Shown: positions 21,894-33,821, counted from the first letter of the stretch. The stretch: 64,000 nt of DNA from an uncultured Verrucomicrobiae bacterium (GCA_963762565.1 CAVXLD010000001.1:1376001-1440000), one strand, 5' to 3'. Numbers and translations are program-made. Notes: generated from the sequence alone by a model not told the origin.

Positions 21894-24488
21894 ATGAGTG
21901 AGAGACGAAAACAGTATCCATTCTCCGATTTCGAGCCGAAGTGGCAACACCTTTGGGAAGAGCAAAAGACTTTCCAGGTCGCTAACCCAGGTGAACCGGG
22001 CTTCGATCCGGCGAGACCGAAGTTTTACGTGCTGGATATGTTCCCTTATCCCAGTGGGGAGGGGCTTCACGTTGGACATCCGGAGGGCTATTCAGCAACT
22101 GATATTCTCTCTCGCTACAAACGGATGCGAGGGTTCAATGTTCTGCATCCAATGGGTTGGGACGCGTTTGGGCTCCCAGCCGAACAGTTTGCGATCAAGA
22201 CCGGCCAACACCCTTCCGTAGCGACCGCACAAAACGTCGCCCGGTTTAAGCAACAGCTGACCCGGATCGGCCTCAGTTTCGATTGGAGCCGGGAGATCAA
22301 TACAACTGATCCCGGCTATTTTCGTTGGACCCAGTGGATTTTCCTGCAGCTATATAACTCCTGGTTCGATCCCATCAAAAAGAAGGCACGACCAATCGCT
22401 GACTTGGAAGCGGAACGAAAAGCGACTCATTCGGAAGAATCCGCTGAGGCCCGGCGAGAGTATCTGGATCAACACCGTCTAGCCTATGTTGCCGAGGCGC
22501 CGGTCAATTGGTGTCCTCAGTTAGGTACGGTCCTAGCCAATGAAGAGGTGGTCGACGGTAAAAGCGAGGTCGGCGGGTTTCCGGTGATTCGCCGCCCGAT
22601 GCGCCAATGGATGTTGCGCATCACAGCATATGCGGATCGTCTGGTGGACGAGCTCGCCGGACTAGATTGGCCCGAATCAATCAAATTGCTGCAACGAAAC
22701 TGGATTGGACGAAGTGAAGGCGCAGAGGTTGATTTCCGGATCCCGCGACGAAAGGCGAAGATCACCGTTTTCACTACTCGCCCAGATACCCTGTTTGGCG
22801 CCACCTACATGGTGTTAGCGCCGGAGCACGAGTTGGTGGATAAAATTACCACGGCTCCTCAGCGTGCTGCCGTTGACGCCTACCGAGCCGAGGTCGCGCA
22901 AAAGTCAGACTTGGAAAGGACAAACCTAGCCAAGGAAAAGACGGGAGTTTTTACCGGCGGGTTCGCGATTAATCCTGTCAACGACCAAAAGATTCCGATC
23001 TGGATCGCGGATTACGTTCTTTCCAGCTACGGCACGGGGGCCATCATGGCCGTTCCCGCACATGACGAGCGCGATTTCGAGTTTGCGCAAAAGTTCGGCC
23101 TCGAGATCCGTCAAGTGATCGAGCCGCCAAGCCCCGTTGAAGGGTGTTTCGCCGGTTCCGGAACTGCCATTAACTCTGATTTCTTAAATGGACTGCCCAC
23201 CGACGAAGCTAAGGCTAAGGTTATCGATTGGCTGCAAGAGCGCGAGTTAGGGAAGAGGTCGGTAAACTACAAACTGCGGGACTGGCTGTTTTCCAGGCAA
23301 CGTTACTGGGGCGAACCGTTCCCCATCGTTTGGCGAAACAGCCGTCATGAGGCGCTTACTGAGGCCGATCTTCCGGTAATTCCTCCGCCACTGGAGGATT
23401 ATCGACCAACGGGCACGATCGAGCCGCCGCTTTCGAAAGCGAAGGACTGGGTCGAGCTCTCGGACGGTGCCCGGCGAGAACTGAACACGATGCCGCAGTG
23501 GGCCGGGTCCTGCTGGTATTATCTGCGTTACATTTCGCCTGGCGATCAACAGCGATTCGTAGACGCAGAGGCTGAACGCTATTGGATGGGCGGCGGGAAG
23601 CCCGGTGGAGTCGATCTTTACGTAGGTGGAACCGAGCATGCCGTTTTGCATCTGTTGTACGCGCGATTTTGGCATAAAGCCCTGTTTGATCTGGGGTATG
23701 TATCCACCGTTGAACCCTTTCAACGGTTAGTTAACCAGGGAATGATCCTCGGCGAAGATAACCAGAAGATGTCCAAAAGCCGGGGTAACGTGATCAGCCC
23801 GGATGAAATCATCGGCGAGTACGGCGCGGACTCACTGCGTCTGTACGAGATGTTCATGGGACCGCTCGAAGCGACGAAACCGTGGAGCATGGCCGGCGTC
23901 GAAGGAGTCTACCGATTCCTGGCCAGGGTGTGGCGCCTCGCCATGATCGAGAACCAGGAAGGAACCTGGGAAATGTCGCCGAATTTGAGCGAGGTTGAGC
24001 CGGATCCACAACAAAACAAGGTCATTCATGTCACCATCAAGAAGGTCACCGAAGACATCGAATCTTTGGCCTTCAACACGGCGATCTCCCAGATGATGAT
24101 CTATGTTAACACCTTCACCACCGCCGACCGGCGGCCGGTAACGGCGTTGCGCACGTTGTTGATTTTGCTGAATCCGTTCGCTCCTCATTTGTCCGAGGAG
24201 CTCTGGCAACGGCTAGGCCAACGGTTCTCAATTTTCTCCGGGCAAATTTCTCAACAACCTTGGCCGGTCTGGGATGCCGCTTATTTGATCGAGGACGAGG
24301 TAGAAATTATCGTCCAAGTGAACGGGAAGCTTCGGGACAAGATCGCCGTTCGCAAGGATCTCGATAACAAGACTCTGGAAGAGTTGGCCTTGGCTGCCCC
24401 GAAAGTCAAAGAGAGTACGGCCGGTAAAACCGTTCGAAAAATTGTGATTGTACCGAACCGGGTAGTGAACGTGGTGGTAAGCCAGTAG
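21894..24488 (+). CDS. leuS: Leucine--tRNA ligase
   Basis: [14 protein letters not shown] (HIGH), editing domain FTTRPDT...[25 protein letters not shown]. Confidence 0.99.
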   Translation: MSERRKQYPFSDFEPKWQHLWEEQKTFQVANPGEPGFDPARPKFYVLDMFPYPSGEGLHVGHPEGYSATDILSRYKRMRGFNVLHPMGWDAFGLPAEQFAIKTGQHPSVATAQNVARFKQQLTRIGLSFDWSREINTTDPGYFRWTQWIFLQLYNSWFDPIKKKARPIADLEAERKATHSEESAEARREYLDQHRLAYVAEAPVNWCPQLGTVLANEEVVDGKSEVGGFPVIRRPMRQWMLRITAYADRLVDELAGLDWPESIKLLQRNWIGRSEGAEVDFRIPRRKAKITVFTTRPDTLFGATYMVLAPEHELVDKITTAPQRAAVDAYRAEVAQKSDLERTNLAKEKTGVFTGGFAINPVNDQKIPIWIADYVLSSYGTGAIMAVPAHDERDFEFAQKFGLEIRQVIEPPSPVEGCFAGSGTAINSDFLNGLPTDEAKAKVIDWLQERELGKRSVNYKLRDWLFSRQRYWGEPFPIVWRNSRHEALTEADLPVIPPPLEDYRPTGTIEPPLSKAKDWVELSDGARRELNTMPQWAGSCWYYLRYISPGDQQRFVDAEAERYWMGGGKPGGVDLYVGGTEHAVLHLLYARFWHKALFDLGYVSTVEPFQRLVNQGMILGEDNQKMSKSRGNVISPDEIIGEYGADSLRLYEMFMGPLEATKPWSMAGVEGVYRFLARVWRLAMIENQEGTWEMSPNLSEVEPDPQQNKVIHVTIKKVTEDIESLAFNTAISQMMIYVNTFTTADRRPVTALRTLLILLNPFAPHLSEELWQRLGQRFSIFSGQISQQPWPVWDAAYLIEDEVEIIVQVNGKLRDKIAVRKDLDNKTLEELALAAPKVKESTAGKTVRKIVIVPNRVVNVVVSQ

Positions 24489-24493
24489 CGCCC

Positions 24494-24612
24494 GGGAGGG
24501 ATCGCGTCCTCGCGATCCGCCGTCTCGACGACCAGCGTGTTCCGAACCCAGGGTTACTCGACGCTAATTGCGCTGCTCCGTCTTCCCGGCGCGCGGGGAC
24601 GCGCGCCCTCCC
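24494..24612. repeat. REP-like inverted pair, family C (GGGAGGG..CGCGTCCTCGCG / GGACGCGCGCCCTCCC)
   Basis: Inverted GC-rich hairpin units just after the leuS stop; a related end lies at about 35755-35790. Confidence 0.7.
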
Positions 24613-24670
24613 AGGGTGGGCCACGCCGCAGCTTGCCCCTTGTTCTTTCCTACGCGAAGTAGACGTCTCT

Positions 24671-25462
24671 ATGGGACCGTTAACTGACTACCACGTGCAC
24701 ACGCCTCTGTGCCGGCACGCGGAGGGAACCCCGGCAGAGTTTATCGAAGCAGCGAAACGGGCGGGCCTGGTTGAGATCGGTTTCGCTGATCACAACCCCA
24801 TGCCCGAACCTTTCGATGACTGGCGCATGACTTATGAGGAGCTTCCGCGCTACTTCGATTTTGTGGCGAAAGCGCGCGCATCCGGATTCCCCGTCCGGCT
24901 CGGCCTGGAATGCGATTTTATTCCGGGGCGCGAAAGCTGGATTGAGACACTGGCCGGATTAGCGCAATGGGATTACCTGATCGGTAGCGTCCATTATCTT
25001 AGTTCTGGCTGGGACGTGGACAATCCCAAGCACCTATTTCGGTTCACTGAAGATTCGGTGGAATCGATCTGGGACCGGTACTGGGAGCTTTTTGTTCAGT
25101 GTGTCCGCAGTGGACTCTTCGATTTTGTTGCCCATCCGGATTTACCTAAGAAATTCGGCCACCGGCCGAAAGGCGACCTAGGTCGTTATTACGAGCCGGC
25201 AATTCAAGCGCTGCATGAGGCCAATGTCGCTTTTGAGATCAACACCGCCGGACTGCGTAAGCCAGCAAACGAGGTTTATCCGGCCCAACAGTTTCTGGAA
25301 CTGGCTGCTAAAGCCGGTATCCCGCTGGTCATTAATTCGGATTCGCATTCACCTGCTGAAATTGGGGCCGGGTTCGACGTAGCGGCCGCTCGTGCCAGGG
25401 AAGCCGGTTACCGCGAAGTGGTTCGGTGGGTGGGGCGAAGACGTTCCGCGGTGGAACTTTGA
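24671..25462 (+). CDS. PHP-family histidinol-phosphatase (HisJ/HisK-like)
   Basis: DYHVH, DH, GLECD, GSVH, AHPD, EINT, SDSH. Confidence 0.9.
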   Translation: MGPLTDYHVHTPLCRHAEGTPAEFIEAAKRAGLVEIGFADHNPMPEPFDDWRMTYEELPRYFDFVAKARASGFPVRLGLECDFIPGRESWIETLAGLAQWDYLIGSVHYLSSGWDVDNPKHLFRFTEDSVESIWDRYWELFVQCVRSGLFDFVAHPDLPKKFGHRPKGDLGRYYEPAIQALHEANVAFEINTAGLRKPANEVYPAQQFLELAAKAGIPLVINSDSHSPAEIGAGFDVAAARAREAGYREVVRWVGRRRSAVEL

Positions 25463-25513
25463 GGGGCGGGTGTCAGGCGCGCCAAGTCCTCCGGTCACGG
25501 CTGGGACTAGAAT

Positions 25514-25598
25514 ATGACAGATGACAGATGACAGATGACAGATCGACCAACCGGGGTGGCTGCTGGAATTTGTCATTTGTCATTTGTCATCTGTCATT
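25514..25598. repeat. Inverted pair of heptamer repeats (ATGACAG)x4 / (TTGTCAT)n
   Basis: atgacag atgacag atgacag atgacag ... tttgtcatttgtcatttgtcatctgtcat. Confidence 0.9.
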
Positions 25599-25653
25599 CT
25601 CGATAGGCTCTATGTGACTTATGTAACGTAGTGGCGTACAACGACCCGCTAAG

Positions 25654-26532
25654 ATGCTCCTTAAAACATTGCGTCATGAGGTATCGTTCCCGCGCCGGCC
25701 TTTAGTGATGGGCATTGTGAACATCAATGATGATTCGTTTTCTGGGGACGGCAGTTTGGACGTAGGCCAGGCAATCGCTCAGGCCCGATGCTTAGTCAGC
25801 GACGGCGCCGACATCATTGATGTTGGCGGCGAAAGCGCCCGTACAAATCGCGGCCCGATCTCTGTCGCGGAGGAAATCTCGCGCGTAACACCGTTTGTGA
25901 CCAGATTCGCGGAGTGCCACGCGGCCGTTACTCCGGTTGATAGCGAACAGATTTTTCCTCCCATGCTCTCTTTGAATACGTGGCGACCAGGTGTGCTTCG
26001 CGCTTTGCTCCCGCTCGGAATCGACATCATCAATGATATTGGCGCGCTAGCCGGCAATGAGAACGCGGCGGCGGCGGCAGAATACGGAGCAGCTCTAGTA
26101 ATTATGCATTCGGTGGGCGAACCAAAGGTGCCTCACTTCCACGTCCAGTACGCCGATATCATGGAAACGTTGGACGATTTCTTTGCGCGCAAAATCGCAG
26201 AGGCAACTAAAGCCGGCTTATCCCGAGAAGCGATCATTCTTGACCCAGGGATCGACTTTGCCAAACAGCGCCCCGACAATCTCCGGATTTTCCGGGAGCT
26301 AGGCCGCTTGACTCGGTTTGAGCGATTGATTCTTTTACCGGTATCACGTAAGACCGTCATCGGAGAGGTTCTCGATCTGCCGGACCCTAAAGACCGTGAT
26401 GCTGGAACCATGGCCTGCGTGGTGGCCGGCATTCAGCATGGAGCAGGCATTTTCCGGGTTCATAATGTCAACGCAACCAGTCTAGCTGTTCGAACCATCT
26501 GGTCGGTGTTAGAAGGGACGACGCTTCCATAG
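25654..26532 (+). CDS. folP: Dihydropteroate synthase
   Basis: MGIVNINDDSFSGDG, IIDVGGESAR, INDI, LDPGIDFAK, SRK, RVHNV. Confidence 0.93.
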   Translation: MLLKTLRHEVSFPRRPLVMGIVNINDDSFSGDGSLDVGQAIAQARCLVSDGADIIDVGGESARTNRGPISVAEEISRVTPFVTRFAECHAAVTPVDSEQIFPPMLSLNTWRPGVLRALLPLGIDIINDIGALAGNENAAAAAEYGAALVIMHSVGEPKVPHFHVQYADIMETLDDFFARKIAEATKAGLSREAIILDPGIDFAKQRPDNLRIFRELGRLTRFERLILLPVSRKTVIGEVLDLPDPKDRDAGTMACVVAGIQHGAGIFRVHNVNATSLAVRTIWSVLEGTTLP

Positions 26533-26570
26533 AGAAGGCGAAGCCGATCCCACCAATCACTAATCACCAA

Positions 26571-27191
26571 TCACCTCTCACACCGCCTCCCCCACGCCGG
26601 GTGATCACGAATCATCTCCAGCGCCCGTTGCGTCAGACTCTTCCCCGGCTCGATCCGGTGCCACGGTGAGGCGCCGGACGGGTGTGGAAGCGGCACGATA
26701 TCGAACCGATGTCCGAATTTTTCTAGGGTCCATTTGGTTCCAATTAAGTCGGTCAATGGCGGCACCGGTTGGATAAACTGGCCGATCGCTAATTTGCCGA
26801 CTGGAATGATGAGTTCCGGAGACAGGATTTTTATTTCTGCAGCCAACCATTCGCTGCAATTCGCCACCTCTTCTTTGGATGGTACGCGATCACCCCCCAC
26901 CGCGGTTTTACCGGGGAAACAGCGGCAAACTGCCGCCATATATACCGTCGATCGGAAACAATCCTCATCGATACTTAAAGTGTCAGCGAACCATTTGAAC
27001 ATGGTCTTACCCGCTGTCCACGCGAACGGCCTTCCCAAGATTGGTTCTTTTACCCCGGGCGCTTGCCCCACCAAAATAACTCGACTGATAACGGCTCCAC
27101 CGCTGACTGGTCCGGAAACCATGTTCGGACATTTGCGACATGCCCGCAGTGCGGTCACATGCCGGTTCAGACGAATGGTTAGGGCTTTCAT
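26571..27191 (-). CDS. Uracil-DNA glycosylase superfamily protein (family 4/5-like, Cys-rich)
   Basis: CRKC, VGQAPG, CRCFPG, C, LPHPSG. Confidence 0.88.
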   Translation of the reverse strand: MKALTIRLNRHVTALRACRKCPNMVSGPVSGGAVISRVILVGQAPGVKEPILGRPFAWTAGKTMFKWFADTLSIDEDCFRSTVYMAAVCRCFPGKTAVGGDRVPSKEEVANCSEWLAAEIKILSPELIIPVGKLAIGQFIQPVPPLTDLIGTKWTLEKFGHRFDIVPLPHPSGASPWHRIEPGKSLTQRALEMIRDHPAWGRRCER

Positions 27192-27384
27192 TAATCCAGA
27201 TTTGCGGCGGTATTCAAACAGTGTGACGATATGCGCCGGAATTGCAAAGCTGCTTGCGCAATCTTATGACCGGTGCGTAAGCTTGTCGCCGCGATAGCGG
27301 AGCGAAGGCGGAACCCCTGTCGCGTCGTAGTCCCGGTAATAGGGACGAAGGCGGAATGCAGCCCACAACGAGGAGAATATCATT

Positions 27385-27849
27385 TTGGAGCTCGACGATA
27401 TCAAAGCCATCATCGATTTGATGAAAAAGAACGATCTGGCTGTTTTCAGGCTGGAGCGTGACGGGTTCAAGATCGAGCTGGAAGCTCATCGATCACCTTC
27501 TCCTGCTGTCATTCTACCGCATAGCGTCGTAGCCACTGGACCGCTACCACAAGCCGGGCCTATGCCGGCCAATGTGGCAGAAAGCCCAACAGCGGCTACC
27601 GGCGGATCGACACCGTTAAAGGAGATTTTGTCGCCCATGGTGGGGACGTTTTATCGGGCGTCGTCGCCCGATTCCGCACCGTATGTAGAAGTCGGACAGG
27701 AGATCAACGAAGAATCATTGGTGTGCATCATCGAAGCCATGAAGGTCATGAATGAGATAAAGGCCGAGATCAAAGGCGTCATTGCCGAGATCTTGGTTGA
27801 GAATGGTACTCCGGTACAATTTGGCCAACCGTTGATCCGCGTTAAGTAG
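27385..27849 (+). CDS. accB: Acetyl-CoA carboxylase biotin carboxyl carrier protein
   Basis: SPMVGTFY and the EAMKVMNEI biotinylation motif; TTG start. Confidence 0.96.
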   Translation: MELDDIKAIIDLMKKNDLAVFRLERDGFKIELEAHRSPSPAVILPHSVVATGPLPQAGPMPANVAESPTAATGGSTPLKEILSPMVGTFYRASSPDSAPYVEVGQEINEESLVCIIEAMKVMNEIKAEIKGVIAEILVENGTPVQFGQPLIRVK

Positions 27850-27850
27850 C

Positions 27851-29215
27851 GTGTTTAGTAAAGTCCTTATTGCTAACCGGGGCGAGATCGCGCTCCGCAT
27901 CATCCGCGCCTGTAAAGAACTCGGGATCGCTACGGTCGCGATTTATTCCGAGGCTGATGTCGATTCATTGCACGTACAATTGGCTGACGAAGCCGTGTGT
28001 ATTGGGCCGGCTCAGAGCGCGGAAAGCTATCTTAAGATCGATCGGATCATTAGTGCAGCTGAGATCACAGACGTCGATGCGATTCATCCCGGGTACGGGT
28101 TCCTAGCCGAGAACGCCCATTTTGCCGAGGTTTGCGCTAGTTGTAACATCAAGTTTATCGGGCCTTCGCCGGCAGCGATCCGAACCATGGGAAATAAAAA
28201 CGCGGCTCGCGAACAAGCTCGCAAAGCCGGCGTTCCGGTTTGTCCAGGTAGTGATGGCATCATCGATTCAGAAAAGAGCGCGTTACGGATCGCTAAAAAG
28301 ATCGGTTATCCGGTGATGCTGAAAGCCGTCGCTGGTGGTGGTGGCCGCGGTATGCGCCCAGCCCACAACGACGGGAGTTTAATCCAAGCGTTTCACTCAG
28401 CCAGGACGGAGGCCGAGAAGGCTTTTGGCAACGGCGATGTTTATATCGAGAAATTGATCGAGCACCCGCATCATATCGAGTTTCAGGTCATCGGTGATAG
28501 CCATGGCCGTCTCGTGCATCTCGGTGAACGCGATTGCTCTATCCAGCGACGAAACCAAAAGATTGTGGAGGAATGTCCTTCCCAGCTATTGGATGACGAT
28601 CTCCGGAAGCGAATGGCGAAATGTTCCGTGGGTCTAGCAGCCTCCGTGGGCTATGAAAACGCCGGCACCATAGAATACCTGGTCGATAAGAACGGCGATT
28701 TTTATTTCATGGAGATGAACACCCGGATCCAGGTAGAACATCCCGTGACCGAAGAAGTTTACGGATGCGACCTGGTTCGTGAGCAGATTCGCATTGCTGC
28801 CGGTGAGCATCTCTCATTGCACGTTGCCGAGGCCCTGCCGCGTAGCCATGCCATTGAATGCCGGATCAATGCTGAAGATCCGGATAACAATTTTCAGCCT
28901 TCTCCAGGAACCATCGATCTTTACTATGCTCCGGGCGGCCGGGGTGTTCGAATCGATTCGCATGTTTACTCGAAATACGCCATCCCGCCTTATTACGATT
29001 CTTTGATCGCGAAGTTGATCTGTGTCGGCTCGACTCGATACTCGACGGTTCGCCGGATGGCGCGCGCATTGAGCGAGTATCTGATCACCGGCATTAAGAC
29101 TACCATTCCATTTCACGTAAAGATCATGCAGGACGCGGCTTTTGTTCGCGGCGAATTCGATACCGGTTTTGTCGAGAGGCTTGTGGGCATGAAACACTTG
29201 GATATACCGAAGTAG
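27851..29215 (+). CDS. accC: Acetyl-CoA carboxylase biotin carboxylase
   Basis: [55 protein letters not shown]. Confidence 0.97.
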   Translation: MFSKVLIANRGEIALRIIRACKELGIATVAIYSEADVDSLHVQLADEAVCIGPAQSAESYLKIDRIISAAEITDVDAIHPGYGFLAENAHFAEVCASCNIKFIGPSPAAIRTMGNKNAAREQARKAGVPVCPGSDGIIDSEKSALRIAKKIGYPVMLKAVAGGGGRGMRPAHNDGSLIQAFHSARTEAEKAFGNGDVYIEKLIEHPHHIEFQVIGDSHGRLVHLGERDCSIQRRNQKIVEECPSQLLDDDLRKRMAKCSVGLAASVGYENAGTIEYLVDKNGDFYFMEMNTRIQVEHPVTEEVYGCDLVREQIRIAAGEHLSLHVAEALPRSHAIECRINAEDPDNNFQPSPGTIDLYYAPGGRGVRIDSHVYSKYAIPPYYDSLIAKLICVGSTRYSTVRRMARALSEYLITGIKTTIPFHVKIMQDAAFVRGEFDTGFVERLVGMKHLDIPK

Positions 29216-29226
29216 CGACTATTTAA

Positions 29227-29847
29227 GTGAACGCATTAGAACATTGTTTCGTGTACGGGATTGTCGACCTCGGGTACGTCAAACCAGACGCAGTCACCGA
29301 CATGACTAAGAAACTGGTTCGAGGCGGCATTGATCTTCTCCAGCTGCGTGCCAAGGAGTTTCCTTTGGATGAAGTCCGGCGCCTAGCGCAACTAATGGTG
29401 GCCATTACGCAACCTGCCGGGGTGCCATTCATTCTGAATGATTATCCGCAGCTGTTAACCGATGTACCCGCGGAAGGATGCCATCTTGGTCAAGAGGATG
29501 GCAGCATCGCTGAAGCCCGCCAAATAGCGGGACGCCCAGTCATTGTTGGTCGATCCACTCATTCCATTGAGCAAGCGCTCGCGGCTGAAAAAGAAGGCGC
29601 TGATTATATCGGCTACGGACCTCTGTTCCCTACTCCAACCAAGCCGGACGCAGTTGCTATCGGTTTATCCAGCCTCCGCAAACTCCATACTCAGGTCCGG
29701 ATTCCGGTTTTCTGTATTGGAGGAATAAAAGAGGACAATCTCCGAAAAGTGACAGACGCGGGAGCTGAACGCGTCTGTATCGTATCGGATCTGCTGACCG
29801 CGCACGATCCATACGCAAAAGTACGGGCCATCAAAGCGGATCTGTGA
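29227..29847 (+). CDS. thiE: Thiamine-phosphate synthase
   Basis: QLRAK, ILND, HLGQED, GRSTH, PTPTK, IGGI. Confidence 0.94.
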   Translation: MNALEHCFVYGIVDLGYVKPDAVTDMTKKLVRGGIDLLQLRAKEFPLDEVRRLAQLMVAITQPAGVPFILNDYPQLLTDVPAEGCHLGQEDGSIAEARQIAGRPVIVGRSTHSIEQALAAEKEGADYIGYGPLFPTPTKPDAVAIGLSSLRKLHTQVRIPVFCIGGIKEDNLRKVTDAGAERVCIVSDLLTAHDPYAKVRAIKADL

Positions 29848-29864
29848 AGCCGGGGCGATACGGG

Positions 29865-30123
29865 CTGGAGGGGAGCCGCTTTATAGGTGGGCAGCTCTAT
29901 CCGATGCTAGCAGGCGACTCCCGGGAATCACCCAGCGTGTGATTTCGTTCTGTAGGTTTTTCTTAATTCCCATTCGACGTTTCGTTTCTAAATGGCTGCC
30001 TTTGAATTGAGGGAACGCCTCTTGGAAGAAAGCCCGGGATCAATCACACGCCCTGGGTCATTCCCGGGAGCCGCCTGCTAGCATCGGACAGACCTTGCCA
30101 CCTACAAAGCGGCTCCCCTCCGG
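29865..30123. repeat. Palindromic element family B
   Basis: CTGGAGGGGAGCCGCTTT...CAGGCGACTCCCGGGAA...TTCCCGGGAGCCGCCTG...AAAGCGGCTCCCCTCC; near-perfect arms of about 80 bp. Confidence 0.92.
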
Positions 30124-30201
30124 ACGCGGGGCATGCAACGCGTTCCTCTCATTGAAAAACCGCTGGCATTGGTGCGGCTGATGCTCCACTTATTGACCCT
30201 T

Positions 30202-31113
30202 ATGCCAGTCTTAATCGTTGGTTCTATAGCTCTCGACGACATAAAAACTCAGACTGAGAAACGGGTCGATCTGATGGGTGGGTCAGCCTCTTATGCATCG
30301 GTCAGCGCCAGCTTTTTCGATGGCGTTAACCTGGTGGGCATCGTGGGGTCCGATTTTCCTCACGCGCACCTGGATCTATTTCGGCAGCGCCAGATCGATC
30401 TCACCGGTTTGCAAATCGTGGATGGCAAAACGTTTCGTTGGGGAGGCGAGTATGAAGCCGATATGAACAAGCGGCAAACTTTGTACACCGAGCTCAATGT
30501 ATTTGAGACCTTCACCCCGACTCTGCCTCCGGCTTATCGAGCCACCCGGATCATTCTGCTCGGTAACATCGGCCCAAATCTGCAGAACCATGTACTCGAT
30601 CAAGTCGAGCACCGGGAATTTGTGGTGGCCGATACGATGGATCTGTGGATCACAACGGCACGCCAGGAATTATTGAAACTGCTTAAGCGGATCGATCTCC
30701 TGGTTTTGAACGACGGTGAAGCCCGGCAATTGACCGAGGACGACAATCTGGTCCGAGCGGCCCGCAAAATCTTGGACCTGGGTCCGAAGTACGTCGCCGT
30801 GAAAAAAGGGGAGCATGGTTGTCTTTTGCTTTCGCGAAATGAGTTCTTCAGTTGCGGTGCGTACCCAGTGGAGCGGCTCAAAGACCCGACTGGCGCCGGA
30901 GACACTTTTGCAGGTGGATTAGCCGGATACCTGTCGAGCGTGGGCCGGCCGGCGATCGAGTTCGCGGATTTAAAGCGAGCGGTCGTCCACGGAAGTATTC
31001 TGGCCAGCTTTTGCGTTGAATCGTTCAGTCTTGAACGCTTGAAAACCTTGTCTCGAACTGAGCTGGACGACCGTTATCAGTTTTTCCGAGCGATGAGTCA
31101 TTTTGATGATTGA
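30202..31113 (+). CDS. PfkB-family sugar/nucleoside kinase
   Basis: IVGSIALD, GGSASY, VGIVGSDF, KKGEHG, DPTGAGDTFAGG. Confidence 0.92.
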   Translation: MPVLIVGSIALDDIKTQTEKRVDLMGGSASYASVSASFFDGVNLVGIVGSDFPHAHLDLFRQRQIDLTGLQIVDGKTFRWGGEYEADMNKRQTLYTELNVFETFTPTLPPAYRATRIILLGNIGPNLQNHVLDQVEHREFVVADTMDLWITTARQELLKLLKRIDLLVLNDGEARQLTEDDNLVRAARKILDLGPKYVAVKKGEHGCLLLSRNEFFSCGAYPVERLKDPTGAGDTFAGGLAGYLSSVGRPAIEFADLKRAVVHGSILASFCVESFSLERLKTLSRTELDDRYQFFRAMSHFDD

Positions 31114-31290
31114 GAACGGTGGTTCTGGTATTAGATCAACCCGACCCGGGCTTTGCCGCTCCGGTATCAGAAATGGCGAACCTTTTTGCACTTTTTGATT
31201 GCTAGGGCGGCTCGGTCTTCACAGCATGGCCGATTGGTTGCTGTTAGAAGTCTGAAACGCAAGTAGACCCGCAGAGTGTTGATCAAATCC

Positions 31291-33789
31291 ATGAACCCAC
31301 GCTTCACGTTATCATTTCGCCGCGCCTGGTTGGTAGCGGCTACAGCCGGCTTAGCCGCAGCGGTAGTCCTCGCGGCCACGCCGGCATATTGTCTTGGTGC
31401 CGAATCTTCGCAGATCGCGAATATTGATTCCGCATTGCAGCATCTGGTCGACCAGAACGCCGAAGGAGCAACGCCGAATAATGCGTCAATCCAGGCCCAA
31501 AATGTAGTGCCGGCGTTCAACGGCCGGATGCTAATCCATCTTGGTGGCGGACCGCGGTTTGATGCTCAGAACCGGGTTTTGGTGCACGTCTATCTGGACG
31601 GGTCGCAATCCCTTGGATCGGTTAAGGCGGCTCTCGGCGCCTTCGGGATCGGTGCTCTTGATGAAAACTCGACGTATCGCAAGGGTATCATCGCAGCGTA
31701 CATGCCGGTCACCCAGATTCCGAACGTAGCCAAGCTGGCAGGAGTCCGTGCCCTGACGATGGAGCATCGGCCGGGAGTTAGCGTTGGCAGCGTGACCTCG
31801 GAGGGCACCGTGGTTTTGCAAACCGATAAGGTGAACAAACTAGGATATAAGGGGGATGGGATCACAGTCGGCGTCCTATCCGATAGTTTTAACACCGCCC
31901 AATATAATACCAGCAACCCACCAGCGACGACGGCGGCTGAGGATGTAAAGACCCACGATTTACCGGTGGTTAATGTTCTTCAGGATTTCGGTGGCGTAGG
32001 TAATCCAGGCACTGATGAAGGCCGGGCCTTATGCCAAGTCGTCTATGATTGCGCTCCTCATTGTAACTTAGCCTTTGCTACCGCGTTCATCAGTGAGGTG
32101 GGTTTCGCCAACAATATAGTAGCCCTTCGGGCGGTAGCGAACTGTGACGTCATCGTTGATGATGTTACTTATTATGACGAACCGGTCTTTTCCGACGGTC
32201 TTTTAGCTACCGCCGTCAATACCGTCTCTGAAAGCACCACGCTGCCGGGGCACCCAGCGGTGTACGCGTCTTCGGCTGGCAACGATTCCAATAACGGCTA
32301 TCGCAGCACTTATCGTCCGGTCCCGGATTCGCAGGTTCGCAAACAGGGATATGGAAATCTGCAGCTTGGTCAGGTGCCTAAATCGCTAACCTCGGGTGGC
32401 TGGCACAACTGGAATTCGAACGGCGGATTCGAACCTGCTACTACTGTGAGCGTACCATCCATTCCGGCCGATGGCACTTTCGGATACGCCATCTTCATGC
32501 AATGGGATGATCCGTTTGATGAAGCAAACGGCATCACTGACAGCTACAATTTCCTGGTGTTCGACCAAGATGGCAACTTTTTGCCGCAATTCAGCAGCAC
32601 AACCGACGCATTCTCAGTCCAACAACCTCTTCAAGGTATCGGCTATTTATCGAACAATACGACCTACCAAATCGCGATCACCGAGGGTAAGAAGAAGGCT
32701 GGTTCACCGCCTTCTCCTTCCAGCCATCAGATCGCTTTCTACACCACCCTGGACGGGGCGGGCCAGCTAACCGGACCCTATTTCCACTATTATCCATTGG
32801 ATGTGCCCACGCTCTTCGGGCACCCCGCCGCGGACTCAGCGATTGGAGTAGCCGCCTATGTCTATGACTGGACGGATACTAACCATTATCAACCTCAGAT
32901 CGAAGACTATTCCTCCCCAGGACCGGCTGCGATCTATTTTGATCAAAACCAAAATCGACTGAGTGCTCCCACCTATCGATTGAAACCCGAAGTGGCCGGG
33001 GTCGACGGGGTTGGTACAACATTTTTCGGTGGTCCATATGAAACGAACCAATTCTCTTTCTTTGGTACCAGCTGTGCCGCTCCGCATATCGCCGGAGTTG
33101 CGGCCTTGATCGTCCAGGTAGCAGGCGGGCCCGGTTCGATTCATCCCGCTGACGTAAAAGATTTGTTAGAACAAACCGCTCCGCCGCGCGATGTTGATCC
33201 GTTGTTCAGCTCAGCGTTGGCTTCAAGTTCGAGCGGTTTCGTATCGGTGACCGCCCAGGGCACGGCCCAAGACGGCGCCAACTCATCTGCCAGCGGAAAC
33301 TTCTTTACCGTGAGCTTTTTGGGTGCTTCCGGTCAGTCACTCAACAGCATCACATTAAATGGAAAAGCCGCGGGCTTGGTCTATAACAGCAATTCGCCCA
33401 ACTATGTGCCTGAGCTCGGTACGCTGATTGGAATTTCTGCCTCGGACATTACGCTGGTACCGAATCCCGGTGCTGGAAAAGCGAAGTTGACTCTCAACTT
33501 TACCCCGGGCGTGTTTACCAGCGGTGTTTCCGTCAGCTTTAGAGTCAAGCCGGAAGTAAAGCTCGCAGCCTCCGGTGGCAGCTCGGCAGATTCGGAAGGC
33601 GCAGTAACCTTTACTGCGAAGTTCTGTGGTAGCTTCAAGGATACTGTTCAGGGCACGCTGCAAAACACTTTCGGCACCGGTATCACGAATCCAAACAACG
33701 GAGCATTGTTGCCGGATGGCTATGGATTGGTGAACGCGTTCGATGCGGTAGAAGCGTTATTGTCTTCCGCCGTTAAGAAAAAGCCCTGA
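31291..33789 (+). CDS. Secreted subtilase (S8/S53-like) with Glu in place of the catalytic His
   Basis: Signal peptide and propeptide; GITVGVLSDS, TDEGRA, VIVDDV, SSAGN, FFGTSCAAPHIAG. Confidence 0.88.
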   Translation: MNPRFTLSFRRAWLVAATAGLAAAVVLAATPAYCLGAESSQIANIDSALQHLVDQNAEGATPNNASIQAQNVVPAFNGRMLIHLGGGPRFDAQNRVLVHVYLDGSQSLGSVKAALGAFGIGALDENSTYRKGIIAAYMPVTQIPNVAKLAGVRALTMEHRPGVSVGSVTSEGTVVLQTDKVNKLGYKGDGITVGVLSDSFNTAQYNTSNPPATTAAEDVKTHDLPVVNVLQDFGGVGNPGTDEGRALCQVVYDCAPHCNLAFATAFISEVGFANNIVALRAVANCDVIVDDVTYYDEPVFSDGLLATAVNTVSESTTLPGHPAVYASSAGNDSNNGYRSTYRPVPDSQVRKQGYGNLQLGQVPKSLTSGGWHNWNSNGGFEPATTVSVPSIPADGTFGYAIFMQWDDPFDEANGITDSYNFLVFDQDGNFLPQFSSTTDAFSVQQPLQGIGYLSNNTTYQIAITEGKKKAGSPPSPSSHQIAFYTTLDGAGQLTGPYFHYYPLDVPTLFGHPAADSAIGVAAYVYDWTDTNHYQPQIEDYSSPGPAAIYFDQNQNRLSAPTYRLKPEVAGVDGVGTTFFGGPYETNQFSFFGTSCAAPHIAGVAALIVQVAGGPGSIHPADVKDLLEQTAPPRDVDPLFSSALASSSSGFVSVTAQGTAQDGANSSASGNFFTVSFLGASGQSLNSITLNGKAAGLVYNSNSPNYVPELGTLIGISASDITLVPNPGAGKAKLTLNFTPGVFTSGVSVSFRVKPEVKLAASGGSSADSEGAVTFTAKFCGSFKDTVQGTLQNTFGTGITNPNNGALLPDGYGLVNAFDAVEALLSSAVKKKP

Positions 33790-33821
33790 CCGCCCAGTTA
33801 GCCGCACGCCAAGCGCAGGTT

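Noticed and set aside
30163..30179. CTGGCATTGGTGCGGCT as a second sigma-54 promoter (GG-N10-GC) before the PfkB gene
   Set aside because: Weaker -24 box and no accompanying IHF or enhancer pattern; could be chance in GC-rich DNA.
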